From a virus, in IMG/VR virus record IMGVR_UViG_3300045988_165964, positions 1 to 41,547 of that record: a stretch of 41,547 nucleotides of DNA; one strand, written 5' to 3'. Both the position numbers and the translations under genes were made by a program. Below the pieces are notes generated by a model. The model worked only from the letters and a program-made list of their open reading frames with translations. It made no database searches and was not told the DNA's origin. This document shows positions 32,143 to 40,389 of the stretch, piece by piece (within the stretch, counting starts at the first letter, position 1; the number at the start of each line of letters is the position of its first letter).

Positions 32143-32857
32143 TGTTGTTCCACCTTTTCTATTCCTGTATCTCCGAATTTGCTATGACAATCCATATAGC
32201 CTTGTGCATAGGCATCAGAATCTTCTGTATTGGCTGAGGTAAAATTACTCTTTGAAAGATTCAAATTGAGTTTATATTCAACTACATCAGGATCTTTCAC
32301 AAGTACTAAACCCCAACCCTCTTTGTCGGCTTTTACTTTTTGTTCTTCAAAACGACCTTTCAAACGATAAATGAATCCCATAGCATAGGAAGATTTCTGA
32401 GCTATACTGTAAGATACGGGAAGTTCCGTCCAACCAAGCCATTTTGCATCTCGGGGAAGTTTATATTTGCCTGTTGTTCTCCAATAAATTCCAAAATTGA
32501 AATCTATAAACCGAATAGCAGCCTCATAAACTTGCTTGCAGATTTTAACATTATCCTGTTTACCGATAAATACAGTCTTGTAAGAACGATAGCCAACTAC
32601 ATAAGTTTCACATTGAAAGTTCTTTGCAGTAAGATGAGCAAGCTGTCTTTTCCAAGCAGTAGAGTGAGCCTTTTATCTGCCTCTTCCTCCACTACATTAT
32701 GATCTACTTCAGCATCCTCAACTTGAGACAACTCAATTTTATATTGAGCCATCAATTTTTGAGCCATCAGCATTGCTGATTGTGCCTCATTTTCATTTTG
32801 ACTGTTTGCAAGTCTTAGCAACTTTTGAATTTTTTCCATTGCCTGCTCTTTTGTCAT
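32139..32857 (-). pseudogene. DUF2786-like gene split by a 1-nt frameshift at an A4/T4 run (32671-32674)
   Basis: The N-terminal part (32857 to ~32672) has the DUF2786-like KIQKLLRLANSQNENEAQSAMLMAQKLM. The other frame is open from 32673 down to 32139 (KAHSTAWKRQLAHLTAKNFQCE...MGFIYRLKG...) and runs into track ORF 32139..32381. Confidence 0.7.
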
Positions 32858-32895
32858 ATAAACTCCTTTATCACGGTTTTACCGTTTGCAAGACT

Positions 32896-32924
32896 ATTAT
32901 ATACTCTTCTAACCAAAAAGTAAA
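32896..32924 (-). promoter_or_regulatory. sigma-A-like promoter P2 (TTTACT-17-TATAAT)
   Basis: -10 at 32896-32901, -35 at 32919-32924, upstream element AAAATATTTTTTAGA ending at 32958. Confidence 0.7.
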
Positions 32925-32934
32925 GTATTTTTCA

Positions 32935-34344
32935 CTATTGGCAAAAATATTTTTTAGACTTATAAAATCGCTTTCGAATTCTTCCCCATTTACTGAGCAT
33001 AGAGAAAGATTCATCCACATAATCTACAACCCAACCCTCGGTCTTTCCCTCGGTTTTTCTACCTACACGACCGCAAGATTGTATAACTGAAATGTTATCC
33101 TTTTTAGGAGTAGCAAATACAACGCAATCAAGTGTAGGAATATCAAGACCCTCTTTAGCAAGAGGATAAGTGGCAAACAAACACCTTACTGTTTTATTTT
33201 TGAGACCCTCAATACACTCTTTACGCTCGGCTCTACCTTTCTTTGATCCCGTAGTAGCGTATATTTGCATTGTATAGTCTTCACCGACTTCTTTTCGTAA
33301 GATTTCAAGATGTGCAACCCTATCACTCAAAACAAGACAAGTCTTTCCCATAGCGTTCATTTGATTGACTATTTGGGCAATATCTTTATTTCGTTCTTGA
33401 TTCGAGCACAAATCGTCCATAAACCGTGCATAATCTATCGTGCCGTCAAGCGGTGCTATATAGTCCATATTCGGTTGATAGATTGTAGACTGCACTTGCC
33501 ATACACGAATAGGTACTGTATTTTGAGAAACAGCGGTATCAGATATTTCACAGAGCTTATCCCCCAAAAGAGCAAACATACATTTTTCTAAACCGTCATT
33601 TCGTTTAGGAGTAGCCGTCAATCCATATTTATGATAGGCATTCAAACTTGATACAATTCTATAAAACATCATAAGTTTCTTCGGAGTTCCTATTGCCTTA
33701 TGACATTCATCTACTATAATACAATCCCAATAATCTTTATACGGTTCAAGATCCATATTAGACATGGTTTGTACGGTTGCGAAAGTTATTGCTTTCCCAA
33801 CATCTATCTTACCGTTTGTAATCGTACCATAGTTAGAATTATCAAGGTCAAAACAAGCTTTGGCTCTTTCAAGAGATTGTTTTAAGAGCTCATATGTATG
33901 AGTTAACCACAGTGTTCTTTTTCCTAACCGAGCAACAAGTTCCAGAGCAGTTTGAGTTTTACCTGCTCCGCACGGCATTACAATAACACCATTTGGATTG
34001 TATATAGTACATTCAAGAGCCTTTTCTTGATAAGAAAAAAGGCTTATGTGACTTTTATAGTGAATGTATTCAGCCTGTTGAGCTTTGGCAAAACTGTAAT
34101 GAGAAATGTTTTGAAGTTTAGGGAAAGCTCGTAAAAACTGAGCAACTGCCCCATAGGGAATTATGATGTCAGATCCTCGTACCTCAAATAGAATTATAAG
34201 AGGCTCAGTATTCCCCAGCCATAAGCCCATATCAGCCTTTTTAGCATATTCAGGGTTAGCAAATTCAAGACTCTTTCTACACCAAGAAAAAACTTCATAT
34301 GTTGCGTCTTTGATTATAGCCTTATTTGAAATTATGAGTTCCAT
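32935..34344 (-). CDS. SF2 DEAD/DEAH-box DNA helicase
   Basis: 469 aa. Walker A PCGAGKT, Walker B DECH, and a C-terminal helicase domain. Confidence 0.85.
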   Translation of the reverse strand: MELIISNKAIIKDATYEVFSWCRKSLEFANPEYAKKADMGLWLGNTEPLIILFEVRGSDIIIPYGAVAQFLRAFPKLQNISHYSFAKAQQAEYIHYKSHISLFSYQEKALECTIYNPNGVIVMPCGAGKTQTALELVARLGKRTLWLTHTYELLKQSLERAKACFDLDNSNYGTITNGKIDVGKAITFATVQTMSNMDLEPYKDYWDCIIVDECHKAIGTPKKLMMFYRIVSSLNAYHKYGLTATPKRNDGLEKCMFALLGDKLCEISDTAVSQNTVPIRVWQVQSTIYQPNMDYIAPLDGTIDYARFMDDLCSNQERNKDIAQIVNQMNAMGKTCLVLSDRVAHLEILRKEVGEDYTMQIYATTGSKKGRAERKECIEGLKNKTVRCLFATYPLAKEGLDIPTLDCVVFATPKKDNISVIQSCGRVGRKTEGKTEGWVVDYVDESFSMLSKWGRIRKRFYKSKKYFCQ

Positions 34345-34747
34345 ATAGATCTACCAGTCTTCTTACAGTTATACTCTTTAAGCCTGAATGAGAAAGCTTT
34401 ATAAGCTCAAAAGACGGAGCCATAACAATCTCCGTATCAGATATCTTGATACAGAAGTAGGTTGTCCAGATACCTTTGTTATTGAGCATACTGAAAGCAG
34501 ACTCCTGATTATCTTCTATGCGGTTGAATGAAAATCGCTCTCCGTCAAGAGTTTTACAGTCTATACAAAGTACTGTATCTCGACTGATTGCGATAATATC
34601 AAACGGTTGTGAGCCATTAGGAGCAGGGTTCAGAAAGTGTACCCAAAACCCCATTTTGCTAAGATAAGCACAAAAATCTTTTTCAAATTCAGAGCCTATT
34701 GTTTTATTGTTCTTTACTTTCGAAGTCTTCACAGGTGGTGTTGTCAT
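34322..34747 (-). CDS. Holliday junction resolvase-like PD-(D/E)XK nuclease (Hjc/RecU-like)
   Basis: 141 aa, SD GGAGG. GSEFEKDF ... FDIIAIS ... IDCKT matches the G-x-x-E ... D ... (D/E)xK layout. Confidence 0.6.
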   Translation of the reverse strand: MTTPPVKTSKVKNNKTIGSEFEKDFCAYLSKMGFWVHFLNPAPNGSQPFDIIAISRDTVLCIDCKTLDGERFSFNRIEDNQESAFSMLNNKGIWTTYFCIKISDTEIVMAPSFELIKLSHSGLKSITVRRLVDLYGTHNFK

Positions 34748-34907
34748 AAGGAAATTTCCTCCTTTTTATACTATTCGTCAATTCACGAACATAACATTGG
34801 TAGTAATCTTTCTTCTTGCAAAGATATATACAATCATAACAACTATTACAACCTTTACGATCACGAATAACTCTTACACCATGTTTATACACTTGTATTG
34901 ATTTCAT
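34704..34907 (-). CDS. small Cys-rich protein
   Basis: 67 aa, SD GGGAGG, ATGA overlap with the MazG-like stop. Contains CNSCYDCIYLC...C. Confidence 0.5.
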   Translation of the reverse strand: MKSIQVYKHGVRVIRDRKGCNSCYDCIYLCKKKDYYQCYVRELTNSIKRRKFPYDNTTCEDFESKEQ

Positions 34908-35380
34908 TTGTTTCCTCCCAAATAGCGTTGTTTGGTTCTCAGAGCTTTTTTGTCTATAATATCAGAGAGCTCCTCAGCCGTAAAGTTGAAAATTTGACAT
35001 AAGTACTGACACATAAATAAAACATCTGCCAACTCCTCTTTTATATCATTTTTACTTGCTTCGGCAAAAGCATTCTCACGGTTATATAGACGAGTTCTAC
35101 GCTCTTTTACAAGAGCTTTCGTAAGTTCAGACATCTCTTCTATACAAACATCTATCTGACTGTCTTTGCCGTATTTTTTAATCATTTCTTCAATCACTTG
35201 TTCAGGCTTGAAGACTTTATAGTCATATTCAGCTTTTGCTTTACGATACAAAAACCGAGCGGACATTTCGTCATATGTACTATAAATGTAATACTGGTTA
35301 TTTGAATCCATAGTGATTACTTGAAAGAAATCACGCTCCCCATCATATTTGGGTATTTGATGAAATATAGGTTCTCTCAT
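34904..35380 (-). CDS. MazG-like nucleoside triphosphate pyrophosphohydrolase
   Basis: 158 aa. EEMSELTKAL ... EELADVLFM matches the EExxE...ExxD MazG signature. Confidence 0.7.
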   Translation of the reverse strand: MREPIFHQIPKYDGERDFFQVITMDSNNQYYIYSTYDEMSARFLYRKAKAEYDYKVFKPEQVIEEMIKKYGKDSQIDVCIEEMSELTKALVKERRTRLYNRENAFAEASKNDIKEELADVLFMCQYLCQIFNFTAEELSDIIDKKALRTKQRYLGGNK

Positions 35381-35586
35381 TTTTGAAACTCCTTATAATA
35401 TTTACAAGTATCTTCGTCTTCATCTGAAACCAGAGTACAAACGCAGACCCCATTTAATTTATTAGCGCAATTATAGCAGGAAATATTGTACATACACTCT
35501 CCATCAGAGTTTGATATACCCCAATAGCAGTCTATACATTGTTTGGCAAACTTTTTTTCTCTTACATCGGTTAATGTGTTCCCCAT
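35377..35586 (-). CDS. small Cys-rich protein
   Basis: 69 aa, SD GGAG. About 10 Cys (CIDC, C..C..C, CVC). Confidence 0.5.
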   Translation of the reverse strand: MGNTLTDVREKKFAKQCIDCYWGISNSDGECMYNISCYNCANKLNGVCVCTLVSDEDEDTCKYYKEFQK

Positions 35587-37256
35587 GGTCCAACTCCTAT
35601 ATCTATATCAAGCGGTACATTCAGATGAATATTGAAAGTATCTAAAAGACTCGGATGTCTCATTATGGCTCCGACCTTTTCCTTATAATAGTCAACTTTA
35701 TCTTCAGGAACATATAGCAAGATTGAATCGTGAACAGTACAAACAATCTCACACTCCGGAAGAGTATTGTCAATCTCAATCATTGAAGATAAGAGAATAT
35801 CTGATCCTGAAGATTGAACAGGTGTATTTATACAACAGCGTTCAGCACTCCCCTTTTCTGACCAGTTATCTGAATAGATTTCCGGAAGAGCTCTAAACCG
35901 CCCAAACAAAGTATACACTCCGCCATCAAGTTTACAAAGCCTTTTTTGAAGAGCATACCAAGGTTCAAGATCCCTGTATGTTTGAAAATACCTTGCACGA
36001 ATTTCAGTTGCCTCAGGCTCGGTTACTCTTAAACCATATCCTGTTTTGGCATAATTGATGAATCCTTTTGCTGACATCCCGTAGAGAAAACCGAAATTGA
36101 CCGCTTTTGCTTTACCACGCTCTTCTTTCGTAATTTCCTGTTTACCTGTAACAACTTGTGCGGTTTTAGTATGTATATCCCCGTTATTGTTGTATATTTG
36201 ATGCATGGTACGCTCGTTAGCGTAATGACAAGCGATACGCAATTCAAGCTGAGAATAATCACATTCAAACAAAGCCTTACCAGGAGGAGCCACGAATAAA
36301 GTTCGTAATGCCTTATCCCTTGGTACTTGTTGAAGATTTGGCTCCTGACAGGAAGTTCGCCCCGTTCTAACTGTATCTACATTAAAAGACGGGTGAAGTC
36401 TACCGTCTACAGCCTGTTCAAGCCAAGGCTCTAAGAAAAACCCTACATCTCGAACACACTTTTTATATTCCTTGAGAAGTTTTGCAACAGGATAACCCAT
36501 CTCAGCATAGTCATCCATCTGCTCTGCTTTTATACTCGGAGCTCCTTTGGGAGTAGTTTTCAAAACGGGTAAACCGAGCTGATCAATAAACACCTTTGAT
36601 ATTTGAGCCGTGCTATTCCAGTTGATATCCGCAATAGCCTTTAATTGATTTTCAAGCTCTACTGCCTTTGCCTTATATACGGGAATCATTTCTTTAATTT
36701 TACCCGTATCTACATACATTCCCCGTCTTTCTATATTACGATATGTTTGAAAAGACGGTAAAGCCAAGCAACGGTACAGTTTTACCATATCGACGCTTTT
36801 AGGGTGTTCTTGAAACTTCTGAGCCAATTTCAAATATACTTGCCAAGTCCAGTAAAGATCTTTGCGGTTATATTCAAACATTGTATCACTCGTTCCCGTT
36901 TTAGTCTTTTTATCTACATCCCAATCTTCTGCTCCACAGTGTCGTTTCGCTAATTCTTTAAGACCTTTACGCTGACCCATTTCGAGGACATATGCCATAA
37001 TCATAATATCATCGTCAATAGTCAGCCATTCTTTAGGAATTTGCCATTGCTGTTCAAGGAATAGAGTATCGAATTTACCGTTTGCCCAGATCATGTACGG
37101 TTTTTCCGGAAGTTGAGTTAGGAAATCAGCAAACTCTTTTGCCGTAGTGGGTTGATAATACCATTCATATTCCGGAAGATATACACCACAGCAATTGATC
37201 TTATCCTTAAACCGATTGAGACCCGTAGTCTCAATATCTACAACCATGTGTAACAT
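35571..37256 (-). CDS. polA: family A DNA polymerase with 3'-5' exonuclease domain
   Basis: Exo I VVDIETTGL, motif A DYSQLELRI, motif B RGKAKAVNFGFLYGMS, motif C TVHDSI. ATG at 37256 lies 7 nt after GGAG; the track start at 37334 is probably too far upstream. Confidence 0.92.
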   Translation of the reverse strand: MLHMVVDIETTGLNRFKDKINCCGVYLPEYEWYYQPTTAKEFADFLTQLPEKPYMIWANGKFDTLFLEQQWQIPKEWLTIDDDIMIMAYVLEMGQRKGLKELAKRHCGAEDWDVDKKTKTGTSDTMFEYNRKDLYWTWQVYLKLAQKFQEHPKSVDMVKLYRCLALPSFQTYRNIERRGMYVDTGKIKEMIPVYKAKAVELENQLKAIADINWNSTAQISKVFIDQLGLPVLKTTPKGAPSIKAEQMDDYAEMGYPVAKLLKEYKKCVRDVGFFLEPWLEQAVDGRLHPSFNVDTVRTGRTSCQEPNLQQVPRDKALRTLFVAPPGKALFECDYSQLELRIACHYANERTMHQIYNNNGDIHTKTAQVVTGKQEITKEERGKAKAVNFGFLYGMSAKGFINYAKTGYGLRVTEPEATEIRARYFQTYRDLEPWYALQKRLCKLDGGVYTLFGRFRALPEIYSDNWSEKGSAERCCINTPVQSSGSDILLSSMIEIDNTLPECEIVCTVHDSILLYVPEDKVDYYKEKVGAIMRHPSLLDTFNIHLNVPLDIDIGVGPWGTH

Positions 37257-37411
37257 TATAATACTCCTGCAACCCACTCTCCATACCGTTTTGCTCCCTT
37301 GAAAGTGAAATGCCAACTTACGGGACTCCCGCAATCATAGACTTTATATCCAAAGAAACAACGCTTGATTTCTACACAGCCATCAAATGTTTTTAATCTG
37401 TAAATAGCCAT
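37256..37411 (-). CDS. small protein (51 aa)
   Basis: ATG at 37411 after GGAGGGAGACG. MAIYRLKTFDGCVEIKRCFFGYKVYDCG... Confidence 0.45.
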   Translation of the reverse strand: MAIYRLKTFDGCVEIKRCFFGYKVYDCGSPVSWHFTFKGAKRYGEWVAGVL

Positions 37412-37976
37412 CGTCTCCCTCCAGATATAGTTTTTGTATACTAACTTCATGCAAGCCAAAGAGTTTATCACTGTCAGCTCGTTTGAAGTATCGTTTTTGA
37501 AGTCTACCCTCAATTCTTATATTTGTACCGTTGGGAACATTCTCTAACCGTTTAGCAATTATTCCCCAAGCGATGGTAGAAATATAAGCTGTAGAGTATT
37601 CGGTTTTTACCTTAAGAATAAAATCATTGATGGTTCTTCCCAACGGAGTACACCTTACAGGAGTCTTATCTTCAATAGTGCCTATGAGATTCACCTCATT
37701 ATGTTCTATTGGTTGCATGAGATGTTTAATTCCTATCGCTTTGATATAGGTTTTCTTCTTAGGATAGGAATCAGTCCCGATTGTTCTCAATTCTCCCTCT
37801 ATACTGTAATATTCCAACGGGTGAATATCATTCTGCCAAGTTTGAAATATGAGAATATCAACTACTCCAGACTTTCGCTCAACCGCAATAGTTCCCTCAT
37901 ACATCTTGATACTTATATTGATTTCATGAGAAAATGAAATACTTCTCACCATGCCTGCTACTTGAATATGATTCAT
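37383..37976 (-). CDS. ssDNA-binding protein, tandem OB-fold type
   Basis: 197 aa. The second half (NEVNLIGTIEDKTPVRCTPLGRTINDFILKV...IAWGIIAKRLENVPNGTNIRIEGRLQKRYF) follows the SSB OB pattern and the first half repeats it loosely. No acidic tail. Confidence 0.6.
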   Translation of the reverse strand: MNHIQVAGMVRSISFSHEINISIKMYEGTIAVERKSGVVDILIFQTWQNDIHPLEYYSIEGELRTIGTDSYPKKKTYIKAIGIKHLMQPIEHNEVNLIGTIEDKTPVRCTPLGRTINDFILKVKTEYSTAYISTIAWGIIAKRLENVPNGTNIRIEGRLQKRYFKRADSDKLFGLHEVSIQKLYLEGDDGYLQIKNI

Positions 37977-38512
37977 TGTAAAACATCCTCCATATGTTTT
38001 TGAAATTTTTCTTTGAATTTTTTAAGACTACGACTCACTCGAGATTGTGGAATGTTCAAAAAAGCTCCGATTTCGTTTTGAGTGTAACCTTGTATGACTT
38101 TTTCTATCAGCGGTTTATAATAGTCAGGAAAGTCTTCAAGAGTCCTACTGATTACATCAAGAGTATCTTTTTTAGAGTATTCATCCGGAACAGAAAGTGT
38201 ATCCATCAAACTCATTTCATTCCCCTCTTTGTCTTCCGCTATGATTGATTCTATAGGAATTGTGCAAGGTTGCCTATTCATCTTACGGCTTATGTAGGAT
38301 ACCATACCATTGTAAATTGAAAGTACTGCATATGTAGAAAAAGTAAAACTGTATTCTTCTTTGAAATTCAGACAAGCTCGCCATAGAGCAAACATTCCCT
38401 CCTGAATCAAATCTTCTTTACACTGATTGTTTTTAGAGCTTGAAGAAAATCGTCTCATAAATACATAGTATACAAGTCGCTTATTTTCCTCAAAGCGTTG
38501 CTCGGGGTTCAT
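37973..38512 (-). CDS. sigma-70-family RNA polymerase sigma factor
   Basis: Region 2 DLIQEGMFALWRA...FSTYAVLSIYNGM and region 4 HTH GYTQNEIGAFLNIPQSRVSRSLKK. ATG at 38512 lies 6 nt after AAGGAGG. Confidence 0.8.
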   Translation of the reverse strand: MNPEQRFEENKRLVYYVFMRRFSSSSKNNQCKEDLIQEGMFALWRACLNFKEEYSFTFSTYAVLSIYNGMVSYISRKMNRQPCTIPIESIIAEDKEGNEMSLMDTLSVPDEYSKKDTLDVISRTLEDFPDYYKPLIEKVIQGYTQNEIGAFLNIPQSRVSRSLKKFKEKFQKHMEDVLQ

Positions 38513-38681
38513 TATCATCCTCCTTGAATTTACATTCACCTGTACATTGAATTACAGGAATAGTACAAGTCAAGCATTTATCTCTACCTTTCGCGCATAT
38601 TCCCTTTTTCGGTTTTGCTCGACGATATTCTTTTCGCCAGACCTTTACCACTCCTGTATTATCAAACCATTTTGTCCTCAT
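38490..38681 (-). CDS. small basic Cys-containing protein
   Basis: 63 aa, SD GGAGGAAAC. First gene after promoter P3. Confidence 0.55.
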   Translation of the reverse strand: MRTKWFDNTGVVKVWRKEYRRAKPKKGICAKGRDKCLTCTIPVIQCTGECKFKEDDNEPRATL

Positions 38682-38710
38682 CTTTGTTTCCTCCTTACAG
38701 CGTTGAATTC

Positions 38711-38739
38711 ATTATATACTTTTCAAAAATAGAAGTAAA
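38711..38739 (-). promoter_or_regulatory. sigma-A-like promoter P3 (TTTACT-17-TATAAT)
   Basis: -10 at 38711-38716, -35 at 38734-38739, upstream element GAAAATATTTTTAGA ending at 38773. Confidence 0.7.
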
Positions 38740-38768
38740 GTATTTTCGTAAAATTTCTGAAAATATTT

Positions 38769-38978
38769 TTAGACAGGCTCTATCCAGTCAGGATCAGCCA
38801 TCCATTCATCATTTCCGGAAGTAGAGCCTTTTTCCCATTTTATTATAGGAGATCCTGCAATGATTTCTATAACCGTACCTATCGTTCCTACGGGAGGAAA
38901 ATATTTCGGTGCTACTTTATGAGAAAACCCGTCTTTGAATTTGACTTTGAGTCCTATATGTATATCTTTGATTTTCAT
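38769..38978 (-). CDS. hypothetical protein (SH3/DUF4314-like flavour)
   Basis: 69 aa, SD GGAGA, TAATG overlap. Confidence 0.5.
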   Translation of the reverse strand: MKIKDIHIGLKVKFKDGFSHKVAPKYFPPVGTIGTVIEIIAGSPIIKWEKGSTSGNDEWMADPDWIEPV

Positions 38979-39169
38979 TATTCATCATCTCCTATACAAA
39001 AATATATTCCATCAATAAAGCCTGTTATGAGTAGTAACAAAACTGCAAGGATCTGAGTGAACACTCTCGCTGCTGAATTGTCTATCATAGGGGCAAAGTA
39101 GAAGAGTTGAAGCAAGGCTAAACTGATAAAAGCAAGATTCTGTAAAATCAACCCGAATAGAGTTTTCAT
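38978..39169 (-). CDS. small two-TM membrane protein
   Basis: 63 aa, hydrophobic throughout, ATGA coupling. Confidence 0.55.
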   Translation of the reverse strand: MKTLFGLILQNLAFISLALLQLFYFAPMIDNSAARVFTQILAVLLLLITGFIDGIYFCIGDDE

Positions 39170-39357
39170 TGCTCATACTCCTTTAATAGTTCGTCTATAA
39201 AGATAAGCGTTCCATTCTCGATTTTATCTTCGAGTTCGGCAAGGCATTCTAAAATCTCCTCGTCAGATGCTTTTTTCAAAGTTAATCGAGTTCCTTTTTT
39301 GAAAAAATCGCCTTCTTCTTCAACATAGCGTTCTGTCAATCTTTTATAGTCTTTCAT
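39166..39357 (-). CDS. hypothetical acidic protein
   Basis: 63 aa, SD GGAGA. Confidence 0.55.
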   Translation of the reverse strand: MKDYKRLTERYVEEEGDFFKKGTRLTLKKASDEEILECLAELEDKIENGTLIFIDELLKEYEQ

Positions 39358-39358
39358 T

Positions 39359-39583
39359 TTAATCTCCTATCATAAAAGTATGCTCTATGATGATATCGAG
39401 GTTTTTATCGTAGAAGTAGGTAATATCTTGATAAGACTCTTGGACAAAGAATATCTCCGTAACCGAGGATCTGTATAGGTTATAATTGTTCTTGTAGTAC
39501 TTCTTGATTGCGGCATCTTCATAGATGACCTCACGGTTTTCCGCAAACTCGTTGAATTCCTTATAACTGTTGAATAATTTCAT
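39359..39583 (-). CDS. hypothetical protein
   Basis: 74 aa, SD GGAGGAAATC, TAATG overlap. Confidence 0.55.
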   Translation of the reverse strand: MKLFNSYKEFNEFAENREVIYEDAAIKKYYKNNYNLYRSSVTEIFFVQESYQDITYFYDKNLDIIIEHTFMIGD

Positions 39584-39729
39584 TAGATTTCCTCCTTGAC
39601 ATCAATTGTGACTTTGGTAAACTCGTTACAGCGGTTATCAGCGTAACGCTCCGCCTCTTTAATAGTTGAAAAGCACTTTGTAGTAATCTTTCCCGAAATA
39701 AGACTTTTGACTTTGACTTGAAATTTCAT
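39583..39729 (-). CDS. hypothetical protein (48 aa)
   Basis: ATG at 39729 after AAAGGAG. The upstream part of the track ORF crosses the hairpin and is unlikely to be coding. Confidence 0.5.
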   Translation of the reverse strand: MKFQVKVKSLISGKITTKCFSTIKEAERYADNRCNEFTKVTIDVKEEI

Positions 39730-39759
39730 AATCGACTCCTTTATTATATAATAGGTTAA

Positions 39760-39778
39760 GGGGAGGGAAAACCTCCCC
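39760..39778 (-). promoter_or_regulatory. G/C-rich intercistronic hairpin
   Basis: GGGGAGG-GAAAA-CCTCCCC. On the - strand it is followed by TTAACC, as at 28263-28280. Confidence 0.5.
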
Positions 39779-39787
39779 GCAAGTTTA

Positions 39788-40126
39788 TTATTGCTTTGCT
39801 TTAAGATCATATTCCGAACGCTTTTGATAGTCAGGATAATATCCTTCCTTTTTCAACCGACGAGCGATTCTTTCCTTGATCCACTCAGTACCGCAAAAGC
39901 GAATTTCTTTTGAGTAGGTGTATCCCTCGGTAGCCATCAGATCTTGATAAATGAAATCTACAAGTTCTTTGGGACTGTTGAGAAGTTTTTTCGCCTCAAT
40001 GTACTCGTCATCTGTCTCATCATAATCAAGTAGAGTATTCTCGGCTCCGCCAACTATGGTGTTGTAAGTTCTGATGATTGCCTTGATGGCGGTTGCTTGG
40101 TTTTGATCTAATTCATTTAATTTCAT
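39788..40126 (-). CDS. hypothetical early protein
   Basis: 112 aa, SD GGGAGG. Confidence 0.6.
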   Translation of the reverse strand: MKLNELDQNQATAIKAIIRTYNTIVGGAENTLLDYDETDDEYIEAKKLLNSPKELVDFIYQDLMATEGYTYSKEIRFCGTEWIKERIARRLKKEGYYPDYQKRSEYDLKAKQ

Positions 40127-40143
40127 ATTGAATACCTCCCTTA

Positions 40144-40314
40144 TTATCTTAAGAACGAACCATCATCATATGCAATATAACATACATCGGTATCAACATC
40201 GAAAGTTTTGAGGACTTTCACCCAGTTTTCAAAATCAGCCGTGCTATCAACATAATGCTGTTCAAGATGGTTTTGGTAAACTGCTTCGAAATAAGTGACT
40301 TGTTTGTTTTTCAT
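40144..40314 (-). CDS. small early protein (56 aa), not in the ORF track
   Basis: MKNKQVTYFEAVYQNHLEQHYVDSTADFENWVKVLKTFDVDTDVCYIAYDDGSFLR. SD AAAGGAGA. First ORF after promoter P4. Confidence 0.55.
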   Translation of the reverse strand: MKNKQVTYFEAVYQNHLEQHYVDSTADFENWVKVLKTFDVDTDVCYIAYDDGSFLR

Positions 40315-40360
40315 AATAGATATCTCCTTTTGTTTACGGCTATCACCGTTTTACAATATC

Positions 40361-40389
40361 ATTATAATACTTTTCAAAGCAAAAGTAAA
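40361..40389 (-). promoter_or_regulatory. sigma-A-like promoter P4 (TTTACT-17-TATAAT)
   Basis: -10 at 40361-40366, -35 at 40384-40389, upstream element GAAAAATTTTTTAGA ending at 40423. Confidence 0.7.

Noticed and set aside
32671-32674. Programmed -1 frameshift in the DUF2786-like gene
   Set aside because: The site GAT AAA AGG is not an X_XXY_YYZ heptamer. The target frame has a TAA immediately upstream, leaving a one-codon window. A homopolymer indel is the simpler explanation.
19607-40314. Lysogeny module (integrase, CI/Cro-like repressors, excisionase)
   Set aside because: I found no tyrosine or serine recombinase motifs and no repressor-like HTH pair in any ORF. The genome looks virulent, but small HTH proteins could be missed by eye.
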